DNA of 61,593 bases, counting the filler, from Choristocarpus tenellus KU-1152 (Eukaryota; Protista; Phaeophyceae): the NCBI GenBank assembly GCA_964200185.2. It is 11 parts of 11 records of this genome, joined end to end, with 100 filler letters (N's around TTAATTAATTAA, not from the genome) between each part and the next. Parts side by side here need not be neighbours in the genome. Positions count along the whole stretch, not along the records: positions 1 to 7,714 come from CAXNAD020005701.1; positions 7,815 to 10,644 come from CAXNAD020024374.1; positions 10,745 to 18,838 come from CAXNAD020005157.1; 8 more parts are not named here. The stretch is one strand, 5' to 3'. Each line of letters opens with the position of its first letter. The first letter of the stretch is position 1. Made by a program: the position numbers and the translations under genes. Positions 1 through 13,789 of the stretch are shown one piece after another. A model generated the notes under the pieces. It saw only the letters and a list, made by a program, of their open reading frames with translations. It did no database searches and had not been told where the DNA came from.

Positions 1-26
1 GAAAGTGTGAGAGGAGAGGGAGCGTA

Positions 27-86
<60 letters not shown>

Positions 87-733
87 GGGGCAAACTCCTG
101 CATTTGTCTGATATTATGTCAGATATTATGTGCTGAACCCGAATGTGTCCAAAGAAGCATGGTTGCGTACTCCGTACGAGATGAAAATGACACCTCCTAT
201 ATCGATTTTTTTTTAAATATAAAAACAATAAAAAAAACTACAAACCAAAGCAACAAACAATAAAAAGATCAAAAATCCTCCACAGATAAATTACAAACAA
301 TAAATTTAATGAAAAGGTATAAAGCACGAAGCATTTCTTATTATACTTCAAAAAAAAAAAAAACACACACACACACATACCAAAATAAACCAGACAGTTT
401 CATAAAACTGACTAATCGCATTAACCTACTTTTTCCACCATTCAAACCCTAACCCTAACCCTAAACCAGACCCCTAACGTACCTACAGAAAATAACAAGT
501 ATGAACAAACAATTAAATAAAAAGGATCGACTAGGCGCACACCATACACACACACATTAGTTGTACACACACACACACTCTCCCAACTAACTGACTCATG
601 TCTTCTCAGCAACCAGACCTACACAGACAGCCATACTCCCCAAAGGCATACTCCTTTCTGTCTTGGCTTTCCTAATCTCAACCTCCGTTCTTATCTCACA
701 CACACAACCTACACACTAATTCAAACGCAGACA

Positions 734-771
<38 letters not shown>

Positions 772-1138
772 CACACAAACCCACACATTATTTTTTTCCC
801 ACCATTTAAGAAGAAAAAAAGAGTGATGTCCTGGCATGATAAAGAAAAAAACAAATTTTGGTATCGCATTCCAAGCCCAAAAAATATAAAGTATAAAACA
901 TAAAAAACAGAAACGAATTCAGATCGAGTACGTACATATGTACAAATCCACCCCGACATTACAAGAAAAAATCATGATCATTTTAAAAATAAAAGTGAAA
1001 AAAAAACACATTCACGCCAACAACGCCCTCACAGAAAAAAAATATACTGTATCATCTCACTATACAACGAAATGAAAAATATAAAAAAATATATAAAAAA
1101 AATATAAAAAACATCCAACAACAACAAAAAAAACTCAC

Positions 1139-4100
1139 CCTCATCAGGTGGACAAATACGTCCGGGAGCTGATCCGGATCTTCTGGAAGAATCATGTCTT
1201 CCATTATCTGAATCAAATTGTACCACTCACACACTCCGTTATTGTTCTCAACTTTCTCTGTGGACACCTCATAGGGTCCCACTGAAACTCGAATCCACCT
1301 GCGTTTATATATATATATATATATACATTATTATATTATATTATATTATATTGCATTACATGGTATCGTATTTAAAGTAACTTTTTAAGAGCATATTTAC
1401 TTGAAGGAAAAGAAGAAAAAAAAATATTCTACATCTCGCAGAAAAAAAAACAGAAAAGGCACACGATAAAATATATCTATTTATTATATTAAAAAAACAG
1501 AAAAACAGAAAAACAGAAAAAATGCAGGCATGCACGACTAAGAAAAAAAGTTAAGTATCTTCATCACAACAATGAAAAAAAAATCGACTCGGTCAGGTAA
1601 CCCTTAACCTGTAACCCTAACCCTAACCCTAATAATAACCCAACCAATAGAAGAGAAGAAAATAGAAACTACTAGAAACTATTGGATTAGGGTTAGGGAG
1701 GGATTCATAGCATTTTCGTGCGTTTTAAAAATTTGCAGCAGTCTGGGACCATTCTAACCCTAACCCTAACCCTAACCCTAACCCTAACTAAGCCATTCTA
1801 AGCCGGTCCAGGATATGACAGTAATCACCTTCCCAGTACGTTGTACCTATCAGATGGAGTGCTTAGAAGTTTATCAAGTTTATTACCTTTCAGACTGAGA
1901 AGAAAAAAAAGGGGATTTTAAAAAGAAATATATATATATATGATGCATGCCTGATCACGATCTGTAACCACTACAAAAACAATGAAAAAAAATATACAAA
2001 AATAATATACCAACGGCAATACCCTTTTTTTAGACGCAAAGAACAAAACAAAATCAAAATATATTTTTTTAATTCCATTTAAAAAAAAATCAAAATAACA
2101 CCGAAATGCAATGCTTTACAGTCAGTAGTAGTAGTAGTAAGTAGCACACGCAACACACCAGAACAAAAAATAAAAAAAATGAAGAAAAAGACGAGAGAGA
2201 AACAAGAGAACACGATTCAAGAGGAAAAAAGAAACAAAAACGCAGCGTATCGATGATGAGCATTTTATTTATTTTTTATTTTTTTTAAAAGAAAAAAGAG
2301 TGCAAGTGAACTGAACCCTCCTCCGCTGCCAGAAATAAAAATAGGTATATACATACATAAATACAAATAAAAACATACGTAAAGTACGCCTCTATTCTTC
2401 TCACATCCTTTTGTTTCTTGTACCCAAGGAGGTCGCGCTGGAGAACTGTGGTATCTCCGTCCCCCCACCGATAAAGGCTCGGAGAGCATACTTTCTATTG
2501 GTGGGTACAAACGGACACCTCTTCACCTTTCGATTCCAAGCCACCTGAACATTAAAGAACAATAAAAAGAACAGCAACAAACAACGTCAACAACATCAAA
2601 CGAAGACAATTAATAATTAACAAATCATATTAACAAATAATAAACAATTGATAATTAACAATTAACAATTAATTAAAAAATAACAATCGATAATAAAAAA
2701 ATGAACTATGAACGATTAACAAATAGTAAGTAACGCTTAAGAAATAAAAAATTAAAGAATAAATAATAAGTAACACTAAATAAATAACAAACAGCACAGA
2801 ACATTTTTATCCTGTTTAAAAATTACAATAAAATTTTAAGAAACACTGCACACGAAACCACCAGGATTTTTTGAAGCAACTACAAAAAAATGATAAATTA
2901 CTGCAAAAAGTAGTTAGAATCGTCATCACAATTATGAAAAAACAGTGCCACGCAACAATAAAAATACAAGTAAAATAAAATATAACAATAAAATGAGAAC
3001 AAATTTATAGCCACAACTAAGCCCCACATAAAAGAAGAAAAATGTGTGTATGGAGAAAAACAAGAACTTTTTACAATCAAATTCACCGCTACTGTGCATA
3101 GATTTTTTTCTACACATCAATTAGTATATATTTTTAAAGAAAATAAAACTCATTTTTGTTAATCAAAACAGACATTTCTTCCTACACATTAAAACACAAA
3201 ATAAAATAAAAACTAGTTTTGTTGATGAAAACAGATATTTCTTTCTACACATTCAAACACAAAAACTAAAATAAAAACCTATTTTTTTTTTATGAAACCG
3301 TAATTTTTTCTACACATTAAATCACACGAATTTCTAAAACATAAACCTAGTTTTTGTTTCATCAGAACAGAAACTGGTTTCATGACGCCATCCAAACCAA
3401 AATAAAAATCAAACTGGGACACATGACACACCTATCACCACTGTAGAACCATCACACGTGAAAAACTTCATATACTATAAATAAATAAATAAAAGAACCG
3501 ACTGCTAACACAGAAAGATATATTTTTAAGTTTAATTTTATTTATTACTAGAAATACAACAAAAAAGAAAAGACGGCGATGAAATCAACAACTTCAAAAA
3601 AATTATAAACAGTGCTCCTTGATCTACCTCTGACAGGTAGAAAAAAAAATATAAAAAGTGTAAACAACCCAAAACCCTAACAAAAAAAAAAACTTCATCC
3701 CTCCAGATCTAGAAAATAAAAGAGTTGCCACCACATGGTATGACACCAGATCATTTAACGTTCTCCGTATGACATAACACCATTTACCTTTCACAGTATA
3801 GCATCACATTATTTACCATTCATGGTATAACATCAGATCATTTACCATTATGTTATAACATCAGATCATTTACCATTATGGTATAACATCACACAATTTA
3901 CTGTTCAAAAGACAATTAAATATTATAGGAACCCCATTGACTTTTCATTGATTTTTCGCCTGACACATCTCCAAGAAATGTCAGAGGGAGTAACAACATA
4001 CAATTTACCTTTCACAGTATAATACCATGGCATTTACCATTCACGGTATAACATCCATTCACGGTTTAACATTACACCATCTAGCATTGATAGCTTGATC

Positions 4101-5149
4101 ACCCCAGTCACACCTCACTCACAATAAGAACACTGCTTTTTTCTTCAAAAAAAAATAACACAAGTTCTTAGAAAACAGAGAGAATGAGTGGACCTACGTT
4201 AGTTGGTTTGGATGTGGATGCATGCCTCTCAAGGTGCACAAAAATAAACACTCCTTTTATACTTGCATCACGCTGTGTGTGTCATCAGGTTGAAAAAGTC
4301 ACATACATACCTACATACATACACACATACCTAAATACATAATTCCTATCTACACATAATTTACTATCAGGATGGCATTCGCATAATCCCATTGGTAGGA
4401 ACGTTACCACTCACACATTCTTCATTCAACCCTTCAACTGACCTCCACGTGTACGGATATTAACCATCCACATGTACCATCCCATCCAAGCCGGTGTTTG
4501 CATCAAATAGAGCCATGCAGACTGCTAGACAGGTAGAGAGATCACTACTAAAAAAAAAAATACAAGGACAAAAAAAAATGACACGAGAAAATACAACTGC
4601 CATCTCAAAAAACATAATAAAAAACAAGATAACAATCTACCATTAAAGTCACTTTATATTAATCATTCCATTGCAAGTACAAAAAAAAAACTCAAGGGGT
4701 GAGTTTACAGAATAGAGGACCTCTGTACACTTGGCCTTAATCCACAACACTAAATATATATACATACTACATACATACGTACATATATACAGTACCTGGG
4801 GATCAAATCAACCACTTGCAGCAGCTCAATTCCAAACACAACGCAATCCCATCTAAGATAAGAGAATAAGAGACACTGCAGACACAACGGAATCACTACC
4901 CGTCAACATCCATCAAACAAATAAAAAAACAAATCACAAACCTTGTTTTTCTCGTGACCCTTTGGTAACTTCGCCACAATTCGCTCCGCCGTGAGGACCC
5001 TCCCCCGGTACGTCGAGGCCAGCTCCGGAAAGTTCTGGTACAGGTTCATGTGATCCGTGGTCTCTCCCAACGCTACCGCCCTCTTTCCAAGATTCCGCAG
5101 CTGGTTATTCGTCTCAGAAACACTCAGGGGAGGCCCGTACAGGTTGACC
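1139..5149 (-). CDS. Ferlin-family multi-C2 protein, internal fragment (exons 5149-4942, 2544-2405, 1298-1139)
   Basis: Three AG/GT-bounded exons join in phase: (W)VNLYGPP...NFPELASTYRGRVL...HEKNK | VAWNRKVKRCPFVPTNRKYALRAFIGGGTEIP...NKRM | WIRVSVGPYEVSTEKVENNNGVCEWY...LPEDPDQLPDVFVHLMR. WxNLYG...YRGRVL and the QxPDVF motif are characteristic of ferlins. The acceptor of the first exon is purine-rich, so that boundary is less certain. Gene start and end were not identified. Confidence 0.85.
1605..1790. repeat. Interstitial telomere-like (CCCTAA/TTAGGG)n tracts inside a ferlin intron
   Basis: (AACCCT)n at about 1613-1632 and 1754-1788, with TTAGGGTTAGGG in the opposite orientation at about 1687. 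Shorter tracts also occur at about 445, 6478, 34937 and 59578. Confidence 0.8.
3735..4080. repeat. Degenerate minisatellite of about 29-31 bp (CATTTACCATTCATGGTATAACATCACAC-like)
   Basis: About 5-6 units at 3735-3905 and 2-3 more at about 4000-4080. Confidence 0.75.
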
Positions 5150-5607
5150 CTTTTCTCATTAAAATAACAGCGTCAAGGAATGGATGTATGGCAGCGGGAA
5201 AGGGAGAATGGGAAATTTAAATTTAAATTTAAATTTAAATTTAACAAGTAGTAAACGTTGAGGGGGAGGGTGGGGGGGTTGGGGGCGGGGGTCTCGACCA
5301 GGAGGAGAACAAGCACAAAAAATAAAAATAAAATAGATGTAACTGTGCAAAAAAAAGATGAAATGCGTACAAACATCAGGATTCTACGCAAAAACACTAG
5401 AAACTTCTCGGAAACAAGAAAAAAAAACGATTTATCTTTCTTATTTTCAAAAAAAAAGAAAAGTTAAATCTCACTTTTCTTTTTAAACCTTGGCTTGACC
5501 GCACTATCGCATCTCTTTCTGTACATGCCAACGCTTCAGACACACCGGGAATATAAAAAAATGTATTAACCTTTAAATTAAATAAAAACATCGACAGCAA
5601 CCGAGAC

Positions 5608-5757
5608 CTCCCTTGAAGCAACCAACTACTACACTCCCTTGATGCAACCAACTACTACACTCCCTTGAAGCAACCAACTACTACACTCCCCTTGAAGCAA
5701 CCAACTACTACACTCCCTTGAAGCAACCAACTACTACACTCCGCTTGAAGCAACCAA
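5608..5757. repeat. 26-27 bp tandem repeat CTCCCTTGAAGCAACCAACTACTACA, about 5 copies
   Basis: Near-identical head-to-tail units with no unique spacers. Confidence 0.9.
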
Positions 5758-7714
5758 AATCTCTATAGAAATACTACAACACAGGAGAAACGACGAGCTA
5801 GTTCATAGCGTTTGCTTTATCCCCCACATAAGAAAAAAATAGAAAAACTCTTTGAAAAAAAAAGAATCGAGAGCATGGAGGAGTCAACACTTCCAAGGAG
5901 TCGAACAACGCCCTGCCCCCACTCCCCCCCACCCCCACCCTCCAACCCCCCCCTCCTCCCTGTTCACGGTATGAGAACAGTTGTCAATGAACTCCACATT
6001 AAAAAAAAATCAAATATGCTCTGGGGGACAAGCAATATACTCAACAAAAAAAAAATATCCGCACCCCAAATAATAAATAAATGATGTCTCCAACGACGAT
6101 CGCATCCAGTTACCTCTACACATCCCTTGCCAACAACACCAACCATCCAAGGTTTTTTTAATCCTTATTTTCTATTATTTTATTTCTTACAATCTCGGAC
6201 AAACATTTTTTACATTTTTTACAAACAAAACAAGGTTTGGATTATTTTTTTCCTCTGGTGGTATCAATGGTTGCACCGAAGGCGTTTCTGGATTTGTTCT
6301 CTTTTTCAAGCTTTTATTTTCTTTTCCAGCACCACCTCAACAAGTGAGCCAACAACCTGAACCTCCTACATTCCTACCAGTTCGTAGTGTGTTCTAGGAA
6401 CAGTACACGCAGACAGGAGTTCCAAATTTTGTCAAAGCGTGTTTAACGTGCGTAGTCATATGTATTCGAGAGACATTAACCCTAACCCTAACTTTGCCAT
6501 CTCTATATTTCCAAGACATCAACAGCAATACAATCTCAAGGTTGAGTCCTCAAGCACAAGCATATATCTACTGAGCACTACAATGCAGTTAGTGGTAAGC
6601 TTTGCAGCTATGTATGGAAGATCATATTCAGATGTTGACTCTCCCCTCCCCACCCCCCAGAACAACTTTGCTATTTCTCATGAGAGACAAACACAACACA
6701 AACACAAACACACACACAATGTAGGGAATATATATATATATATATATATAATGGGACAAAAAACCCTCCTTGCACTGTTCATTAACTCAAAACGCCTCCT
6801 TACGTGTTGGCTAACGAGGGGGGGGGGGAAACATAAAGACTCTTCTTTTTTAAAAGTAAAAACATTATCGCATCACGTGCGTCAAGAATATATATATATT
6901 TTTTTTATATTCGTGTGTAAAATATAAAATAATTACTCTGCAGGAAAAAAAACAATCGGCCGTTTAACTTCTGGTCAAAACAATCGTTCCATAACTGGCT
7001 ATAAGAACTGGCTATAAATCGATAAGGAACGATTTCCGTCGAGTGATAAGTGACCATGAAAACATTATTCATCTAGGGCATGTAGGGTACTACAATAAGG
7101 ACAACAAGAATATCCTTCCTAGAAAAGGAAGGTTAGACCAAGTAGCACCGAGTAAGCGACGACTTATTAGAACATGAATGATATGATTGATATGATTGAT
7201 ATGAATGATAAGTCGATAAGAGACACCCCTCTTCGGGCTTTCAATGTTCACGCCTCCTTTCAATCCTCCTTTCACCCTTCCCTACTTCATGTACAACCTG
7301 TTCTACACAGTAAGGAATCAATCGAGCTACTTACATCAACAACTCTTAGGAAGATCAATTTCTCAAACAAAGTGTATCTCTCTCTCTCTCTGTCACACAC
7401 ACACACACACAAAACAAAAAATGGACGCAAGACTCTCTCGTACAAATAAATAATTACAAAAAAACAAAAGTAAAAAACAGCAACAACAAATTGAGAACGT
7501 TTTTACTTCTCCCTTTTAAATACCCACAAGAAAATATACAAGAAAAATAACAAAAAACACACGAGATAGATAGAATGAGTTGTGGTTCCATGCCATAATC
7601 AAACATAAAAACCTACGCAGGTAGATTTTCTTTTAACATTTTTTTCAAGTTCCTTCCTCCCAACCCTCCTCTCCCCCCCCCCTCCCCCCGCCCAGAATTC
7701 ACAACGGCAAACAG

Positions 7715-7814
7715 NNNNNNNNNNNNNNNNNNNNNNNNNNNNNNNNNNNNNNNNNNNNTTAATTAATTAANNNNNNNNNNNNNNNNNNNNNNNNNNNNNN
7801 NNNNNNNNNNNNNN
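7715..7814. other. Artificial contig spacer (44N-TTAATTAATTAA-44N)
   Basis: Identical 100-nt spacers with a six-frame stop linker also occur at 10645-10744, 18839-18938, 24518-24617, 30225-30324, 35202-35301, 41070-41169, 47293-47392, 50800-50899 and 57505-57604. Confidence 0.98.
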
Positions 7815-7826
7815 GGGGGGGGGGGG

Positions 7827-7864
<38 letters not shown>

Positions 7865-7900
7865 GGGGAAAAAGGGGGGGGGGGGGGGGGGGGGGGATTT

Positions 7901-9770
7901 GGACAGGAATCTGTTGGACTGCAGGGAGTGTCAGGGTTGGGAGGGGCCGGTGCAACAAGTATACTGGCTGCAACAATGGGAGAGGAAGTGTCTGGACAGG
8001 CGCGTGTTGAGTACCCTCCAATGCCAGGTCAGCTGGAGGAAGAGGCGCTGGAACGGTCTAGAAGAAGAAAACTGGAAGCGGGTGCAATGGGAGGAAGGTA
8101 AGATACATCCCTGTGTGTGTGTGTGTGTGTGTGTGTGTGCCTTGTTTTGGTGGATAAGAATGGCAGCTGTCGATGGGGAGGGCTATCGTTGTGAGTCAAT
8201 TTTTCAAGGCATGAGTTGAAAGGTGATTGATTCAATAGATTTTGAAAAAGATCTTTTTCGCTTGCTGAGGTCTAAGTGTGCACCCCCTTTCTTTTTCTTT
8301 TTTTCAGTCCTGGATATTTTTTTATTATTTGCTTTTTGTGGTACTTGCACACTATATATACTTTTTTGTTGCTTTGATTTTGACTGTTGGTTTTTAAACG
8401 AAGAGCTCTGGTGAAGCTTTTCTCTTAATATATATAGGTGTATATATATGTATCTCCGAAAGATACAGCTCCACTCCCTCACACCCTGTTCTTCCAATAA
8501 GATAGATACTTTCTGCTGAACCCATCTTTCCAGCAGTAAACTCTCTGAGCTCCATCTCTGCACATTTGTTATCTGCAGAAGATAGATTAGAGGGCGAAAG
8601 ACCCTCCACGGCTGGGTAAGTTGATACATAACATACATGCGCCATTGGTTTTGAAGGTACACCTTGTTTTAGCACTTTGATGGGCGTGTTCCCTGTGCCA
8701 CCTTTCATGACTGCTCTGCATGCCATACTTGATTTTAAAAAAGGGGTGGACAAACAGTAGCAACTGTAGTGTAAATACAAAGTGTGCATTTTGAATGGGC
8801 GGGTGCATGTTGTTCACCATGTGGAGCCTTGCTTGCTCTCATTGTGTGAAATGTGTTGTCCGGCTTCAGGTGGGGACTGGAAGAGGTGAAGCAGAGGAGC
8901 GATGAGGAGGCTACAGAGCAGGCTGCCGTAGATGCAGCGCTCCGGGCCAGCAGGGATGGGTTCAGTGCGCAGGTCTGGTCCTTGCTGCCTGCATATGGCT
9001 TACGTGTGTCCTCCAGGAGTATTGTGATTTGGTGTATAACACTAAGGCAATTAAAAAAAAAAAAGATTCTGTGCTTTGTAGAGTGTCACATTCTGATTGA
9101 AAGTGTCCTTTTATTATTTTTTTGCCTTTTTGGAACCCCGGCATCTATCTATCTGCACATCAGAACACGTGTATTTTGTTTTTATTTTAACATGAAAGAG
9201 GAACCGCTGGAAATTCAAATTTAAATCGAAATAGAAATAGAAATGTTACGTATGTTATTTTTTTTCAAGGTAAATTGTACCGAAATGAACACAGTGAAAT
9301 TGAGCAGTCAGGGGATATGTGCACATTTAAGGAGAGTTTACGTTGATGCGATGGCTTAGCTTCCTGTGTGACACCCAGCCAATAGAATGCGTTTGGCATG
9401 CGACGTCTTTTGAGGTTTCTGTCTGTACGCTCGTGATACATTTTTTCCTTTTGCTGGTTTATGCTGTATACACAATTCCTTGCTGTGTGGCACACATGTT
9501 TGAATTGACTGTATGTGAGATGCTTACCCTTCCTGCCTCTTTTCCCCCTAATCCTTGAGTGTTGTTTGTAAAGAAACAAGCATTCTATGCAATATTGTGC
9601 CTATCACCTGAGGTCCCTGCACTCTACACCCACCCATCCACCCACCTTGGTCCTGAGCACAGTTTGATGACCTGGACAGTGCCCTGGAGGCCAGCATGGA
9701 GCACATAGAAAAGTCGAATGCCCACTCCCTTGAGGAGGCTGCCCGGGATAGTGAGCTGGTCTCTCTGCAA
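7901..9770 (+). CDS. Protein fragment with ubiquitin-interacting-motif (UIM)-like repeats (exons ~7901-8097, 8870-8972, 9663-9770)
   Basis: Phase-compatible exons: ...EEEALERSRRRKLEAGAMGG(R) | WGLEEVKQRSDEEATEQAAVDAALRASRDGFSAQ | FDDLDSALEASMEHIEKSNAHSLEEAARDSELVSLQ. Two acidic-hydrophobic-xxALxxS motifs resemble UIMs. Confidence 0.65.
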
Positions 9771-11017
9771 GTGAGATGTAGTGTAGGGTAAGGGAGTGGT
9801 GTGGACTTTGGGATGCAAGAGGGAGAAGTTAGGGTGAAGGGTTAGGAGTTAGTACTGACTCTGGGGGGGTAGTGAGGCTGATGGCAGGGGTGAGGTAAGT
9901 AAGGTTTGGGGATGGGTTTTGATGGGGTTTTCTTTGAAGTAGGGTTAGGGCTGTTTTCCTGTAGGGCTGAATCTGTGGTGGTATTCATAGAGGTCTAGGA
10001 TAAAGGTTGGAGATGTTGGAGTGAAAGGGTGTGTTCTGGGTACAAAATTGCACTGTGGCATCTTAAGGCTTACGTAGCTGTGCCAATATTCCCCATAGTA
10101 GTTTTTTTAGAGAGGTTTAGGGTTAGGCTACTTAGTGGAAGTAGCAACATGTGCACAAATGGAACAGTAGTGATGTTGCATGGAGTCAAGAAGGCGTGTT
10201 TGCCTGGCAATTTCCCGTATCCCTTGAAATTTTGTAATGAACACTACTGTTTGTACTTCTTACAGTACTGATGGAAGTATTGGTAATGGCTAGCAGGAGA
10301 AAGGCGGTAGCTGCTTGTGGGTCCTGAGCTGCACATTCCTGAGATATACTGTGGTTTTGTCAAATTTATGAACTTTCTTTTAAATGCAGAAGAGTTGCAG
10401 AGATCAGGGGGTGTGATTGATGGAAGTATCTACAGGGCGATTCCTTGTGGGTACGATGATGCCGTGTCATTGGTGTGGGTATAGTGTTGAGGGGCCATAT
10501 CCAATTCGTTCAATTATTCCTATTGCAGACTGCTGCTCAGTTTTCCTCTGATAGGGTGGGTGAGATTCGTTGCAAGATAGGTAGGGCAACTGGGGGGGGG
10601 GAGGGGGGGTTGCAGTATGGTTTTGAGCTCCCGTTCAAGTGGGANNNNNNNNNNNNNNNNNNNNNNNNNNNNNNNNNNNNNNNNNNNNTTAATTAATTAA
10701 NNNNNNNNNNNNNNNNNNNNNNNNNNNNNNNNNNNNNNNNNNNNGTAGCGTCGTTTTGAGGTCGTTGGATTTGAGTTGTACATCCTGGAAGGTGAGCATT
10801 GAGGGGCGCCTGTAACACTACAGTAGAGTGGTACCGGAGCGCTAGAGGACAAACAACGGTAGATAGAGTAATTTTGAGATGTTCACTAGATTATCAGACT
10901 GACAAATCAGGCCAACTAGGTTTGAAGAATTGGAGTATAAATGGAATGAACGGAGGTAATATCTGCTTTGATTGAGCATTGTTTGGCAGGTGACGTTCGA
11001 GTGATTTGTGAAGGTTT

Positions 11018-11277
11018 AAGTCAAGGAAAAAACGAGGGGTACCCAGAGTTGCATTTTAAGGATACCCCAACATATGTGTACAATTCGACCTTTTTTTCCA
11101 TGTGTACAGGATATTTTCCGAATTGTTTCGAAAAGTTCAGACAGTAGAGAAATCAATCCTCTCCAGTCGAACTTAGCACTTCACCCATAGAAAAATATGG
11201 GTGAATTGAAAAAGATCGAAAAACTGGCATACGGTGCAAACGCCCCCAAACTGTGTACCTCTGGTTTACTTTGGATC
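11018..11277 (+). mobile_element. MITE family C copy (degenerate)
   Basis: Colinear similarity to 61208-61466 and 39981-40249. Right end reads GTACCTCTGGTTTACTTTGGATC. Confidence 0.75.
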
Positions 11278-13789
11278 TTTTGTGGAGTACTGCATCAAGC
11301 GATTGTTTACCATTTATGTTGAAAAAATAATCTGGGATGAAGGCAAAGTCATGGGGGGATACTTTTGGAGTGTCACATCGGGACAGCAAAGTGAAGGAGA
11401 GTACATCTTTTTTTACCAACTGAATGATGGCGTAGAATGCAAGGGAAGTATTACATCTCAATAATTGATGATACTGGATGAAATATCCTACTTCGAAGTA
11501 GGAGTATGACATCAACTGCAAGCTTTGGATTAAAGGATTTGTTTTAGCTCCTAGCATAGCGCGATTGACCCGCTTTGGTGGCTTGGTGTGTGCTGGTTAC
11601 TTCGATGTTTAATGGCTGAAGCTGATGCCCAGGAGCGAAGGTTATGTATGTCTCATTATGTTCGCAGAGGCAACAACCGACTTCAAGTCCATACAAAGAT
11701 TGGCGTACTTGTACAAAAGGACACAAAATACAACAATCGAGATAATAATGGGATATTGCTGAGAACACAAAAACCATGACAGCGCAAATTACGCTAAGCA
11801 ACACGATATATGGTTATCGTGTCTACTCTCAAACAGATTGATTAGCACGAACGAATAGAATTGAATCAGACAACACAAAATTTGGTGAGAATAAACAAAA
11901 GACTCGTTTTTGAACTACTGCAAACTAAATCTGACGAGTAAAAAATTGGAGTTAGGACGCAATTGACAACAAAGAAGAGATTCGTTGACTACAAATCACC
12001 GGTGTGTATGATAATCTTTGCTTTTTCCACTGGACTAAGCGGCAAAAATAATCGGTGCATGATGAAGAAAGAAGCTCTAAACCTCCTAACATCCAACCTC
12101 TCTCTACACAAAGTCACAACACAAAGATCTTCATTGTCTCTATTGCCACTATTTTATTGAGACCCAACATATTATTCAATCTATTCGGCCCACTATAGTG
12201 CATTGCTATCTACTACCTAGACTGCTGTATATTGCATGACCTGACATGGGACATACACCCAACTCTTGATACAAGGAATAGTTCTATTTGGCGGTTTCAT
12301 AAATGCCCATACGAGCTTGATAGATACTCAATTAGAATTTAGTACGTTAGACTGACTGGATGGTTCTTGTTACTACATTACTCGAATCCTCATCCAGTCA
12401 AGCTCCCCCAGTTCTTGACGAATGCCATCCAAAAAAGTGTTTGTGAGTCGATTACTGTCAAGGCTAATCAAAGTCAGAGACAGAGGGAACAGTGAGACAG
12501 ATTGACCATCAAGGTGCCATCTTCCACCGTTGTTATTGAGCATTGAGTCCACTTCATTCCGAACTAGATAAGTCAGCTTGGTGTACGCTCCTACTACCCT
12601 TCTAATATCTATAATCTACGGTTGAAGGGGAGGAACAAATGTAACTAGCTCTACTCACCTAAGGGCTTGGAGTTGAACCTGGTGCCAGACCTGCCTCACA
12701 CACTTGGTGCTAGTAGCTAGTGTGTGATCAAGGTCGACGCCTAACTCTGAAATGCGCTTCTTGTGCACCCTTCTCCTGTAGACGACTCTACTACAGGTTC
12801 CTCTTCTCCAACTGAATTATGAGCCCAACAGAGCGAGCATAAAAATTTGTACGTATAGACCCTCAAATTCCCCCCCTCGTCCCCCTTTGCCCTCTAGAGG
12901 GGTTCACTGTGATGAGCAATCAGATTGTAGCACTTTCTATTTCTACCTATGCAATTATAGTTAGCCGTAGAACCCTACTCACACAGGACCGCCTGTGCAA
13001 GCAATTTTGTTGGTCGGTGTACACTTTGTCAAAGGTTTCTATTTATTGTTGCCAACTTTCAGCCACATGTGTTTCCCTAGAAAACAATCCTGAAGAGGCT
13101 TGGGGTTAGTGAAGGCTCAATGCTCAACAGTAAAGACAAATGATTAGACCAGGAGTCTCGAGATCGTATGGTCGAAGTCAAATGTTTACCTTTGTATATA
13201 TATGTATATATATATTTGGGGGTGTAGCAGGTAAAGGGATTCAGTACAAAGAGATGCACTAATTGTCATCCATATGGCATGGGTTCCGAAATATTTGACA
13301 GGTGTTCAGATGACCGTTTGATACCTGAAATCTTCTACCTGCTGGTGTCCTCAACATTTACCCAATTGACGAGTATAAGCACAAATCAGTCCAGGGACAT
13401 GCGGCAAGTCCGTCCGCAGATCAGCTACTTATGTAAAAAGAACATCAAACAAATACGGCAATTGGTTTAGAATCCCTCTTGGTAAATGAAAATAGTATGA
13501 GAACATTATTTCTTGTCCCAAATATGCCAAAATAACGCTATAACAATAGTCGCCACCCCGTAACATACAAGACATTCAATGGGCTCCTATCTATACCTAC
13601 CAGAGTGAGGGTGGGACAGCTGGCAGAAGAGTAATGCAGTGAATCAAAAGGGACAGGTGAGAGGTACAAGTTAAAGGAGGAGATGTAGGCAGGATCACAG
13701 GTAGGTGCAAGCCAGGTTAGTGGAGGGGACTGGGACTGGGGCATCGTAGAAAAATCTTACGGTATGTTTGTTGTATGATAATGATTGCG

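Noticed and set aside
27-90. Long poly-G tracts (also 7815-7896, 31701-31760, 57642-57663) as G-quadruplex elements or poly-Pro ORFs
   Set aside because: They sit at contig or gap edges, so their length is unreliable and may reflect a sequencing artefact.
5213-5242. (AAATTT)5 self-complementary repeat
   Set aside because: It is a simple microsatellite in an AT-rich intron with no further support for function.
5608-5757. 26-bp repeat array as a CRISPR
   Set aside because: There are no spacers and no cas genes, and the context is eukaryotic. It is a minisatellite.
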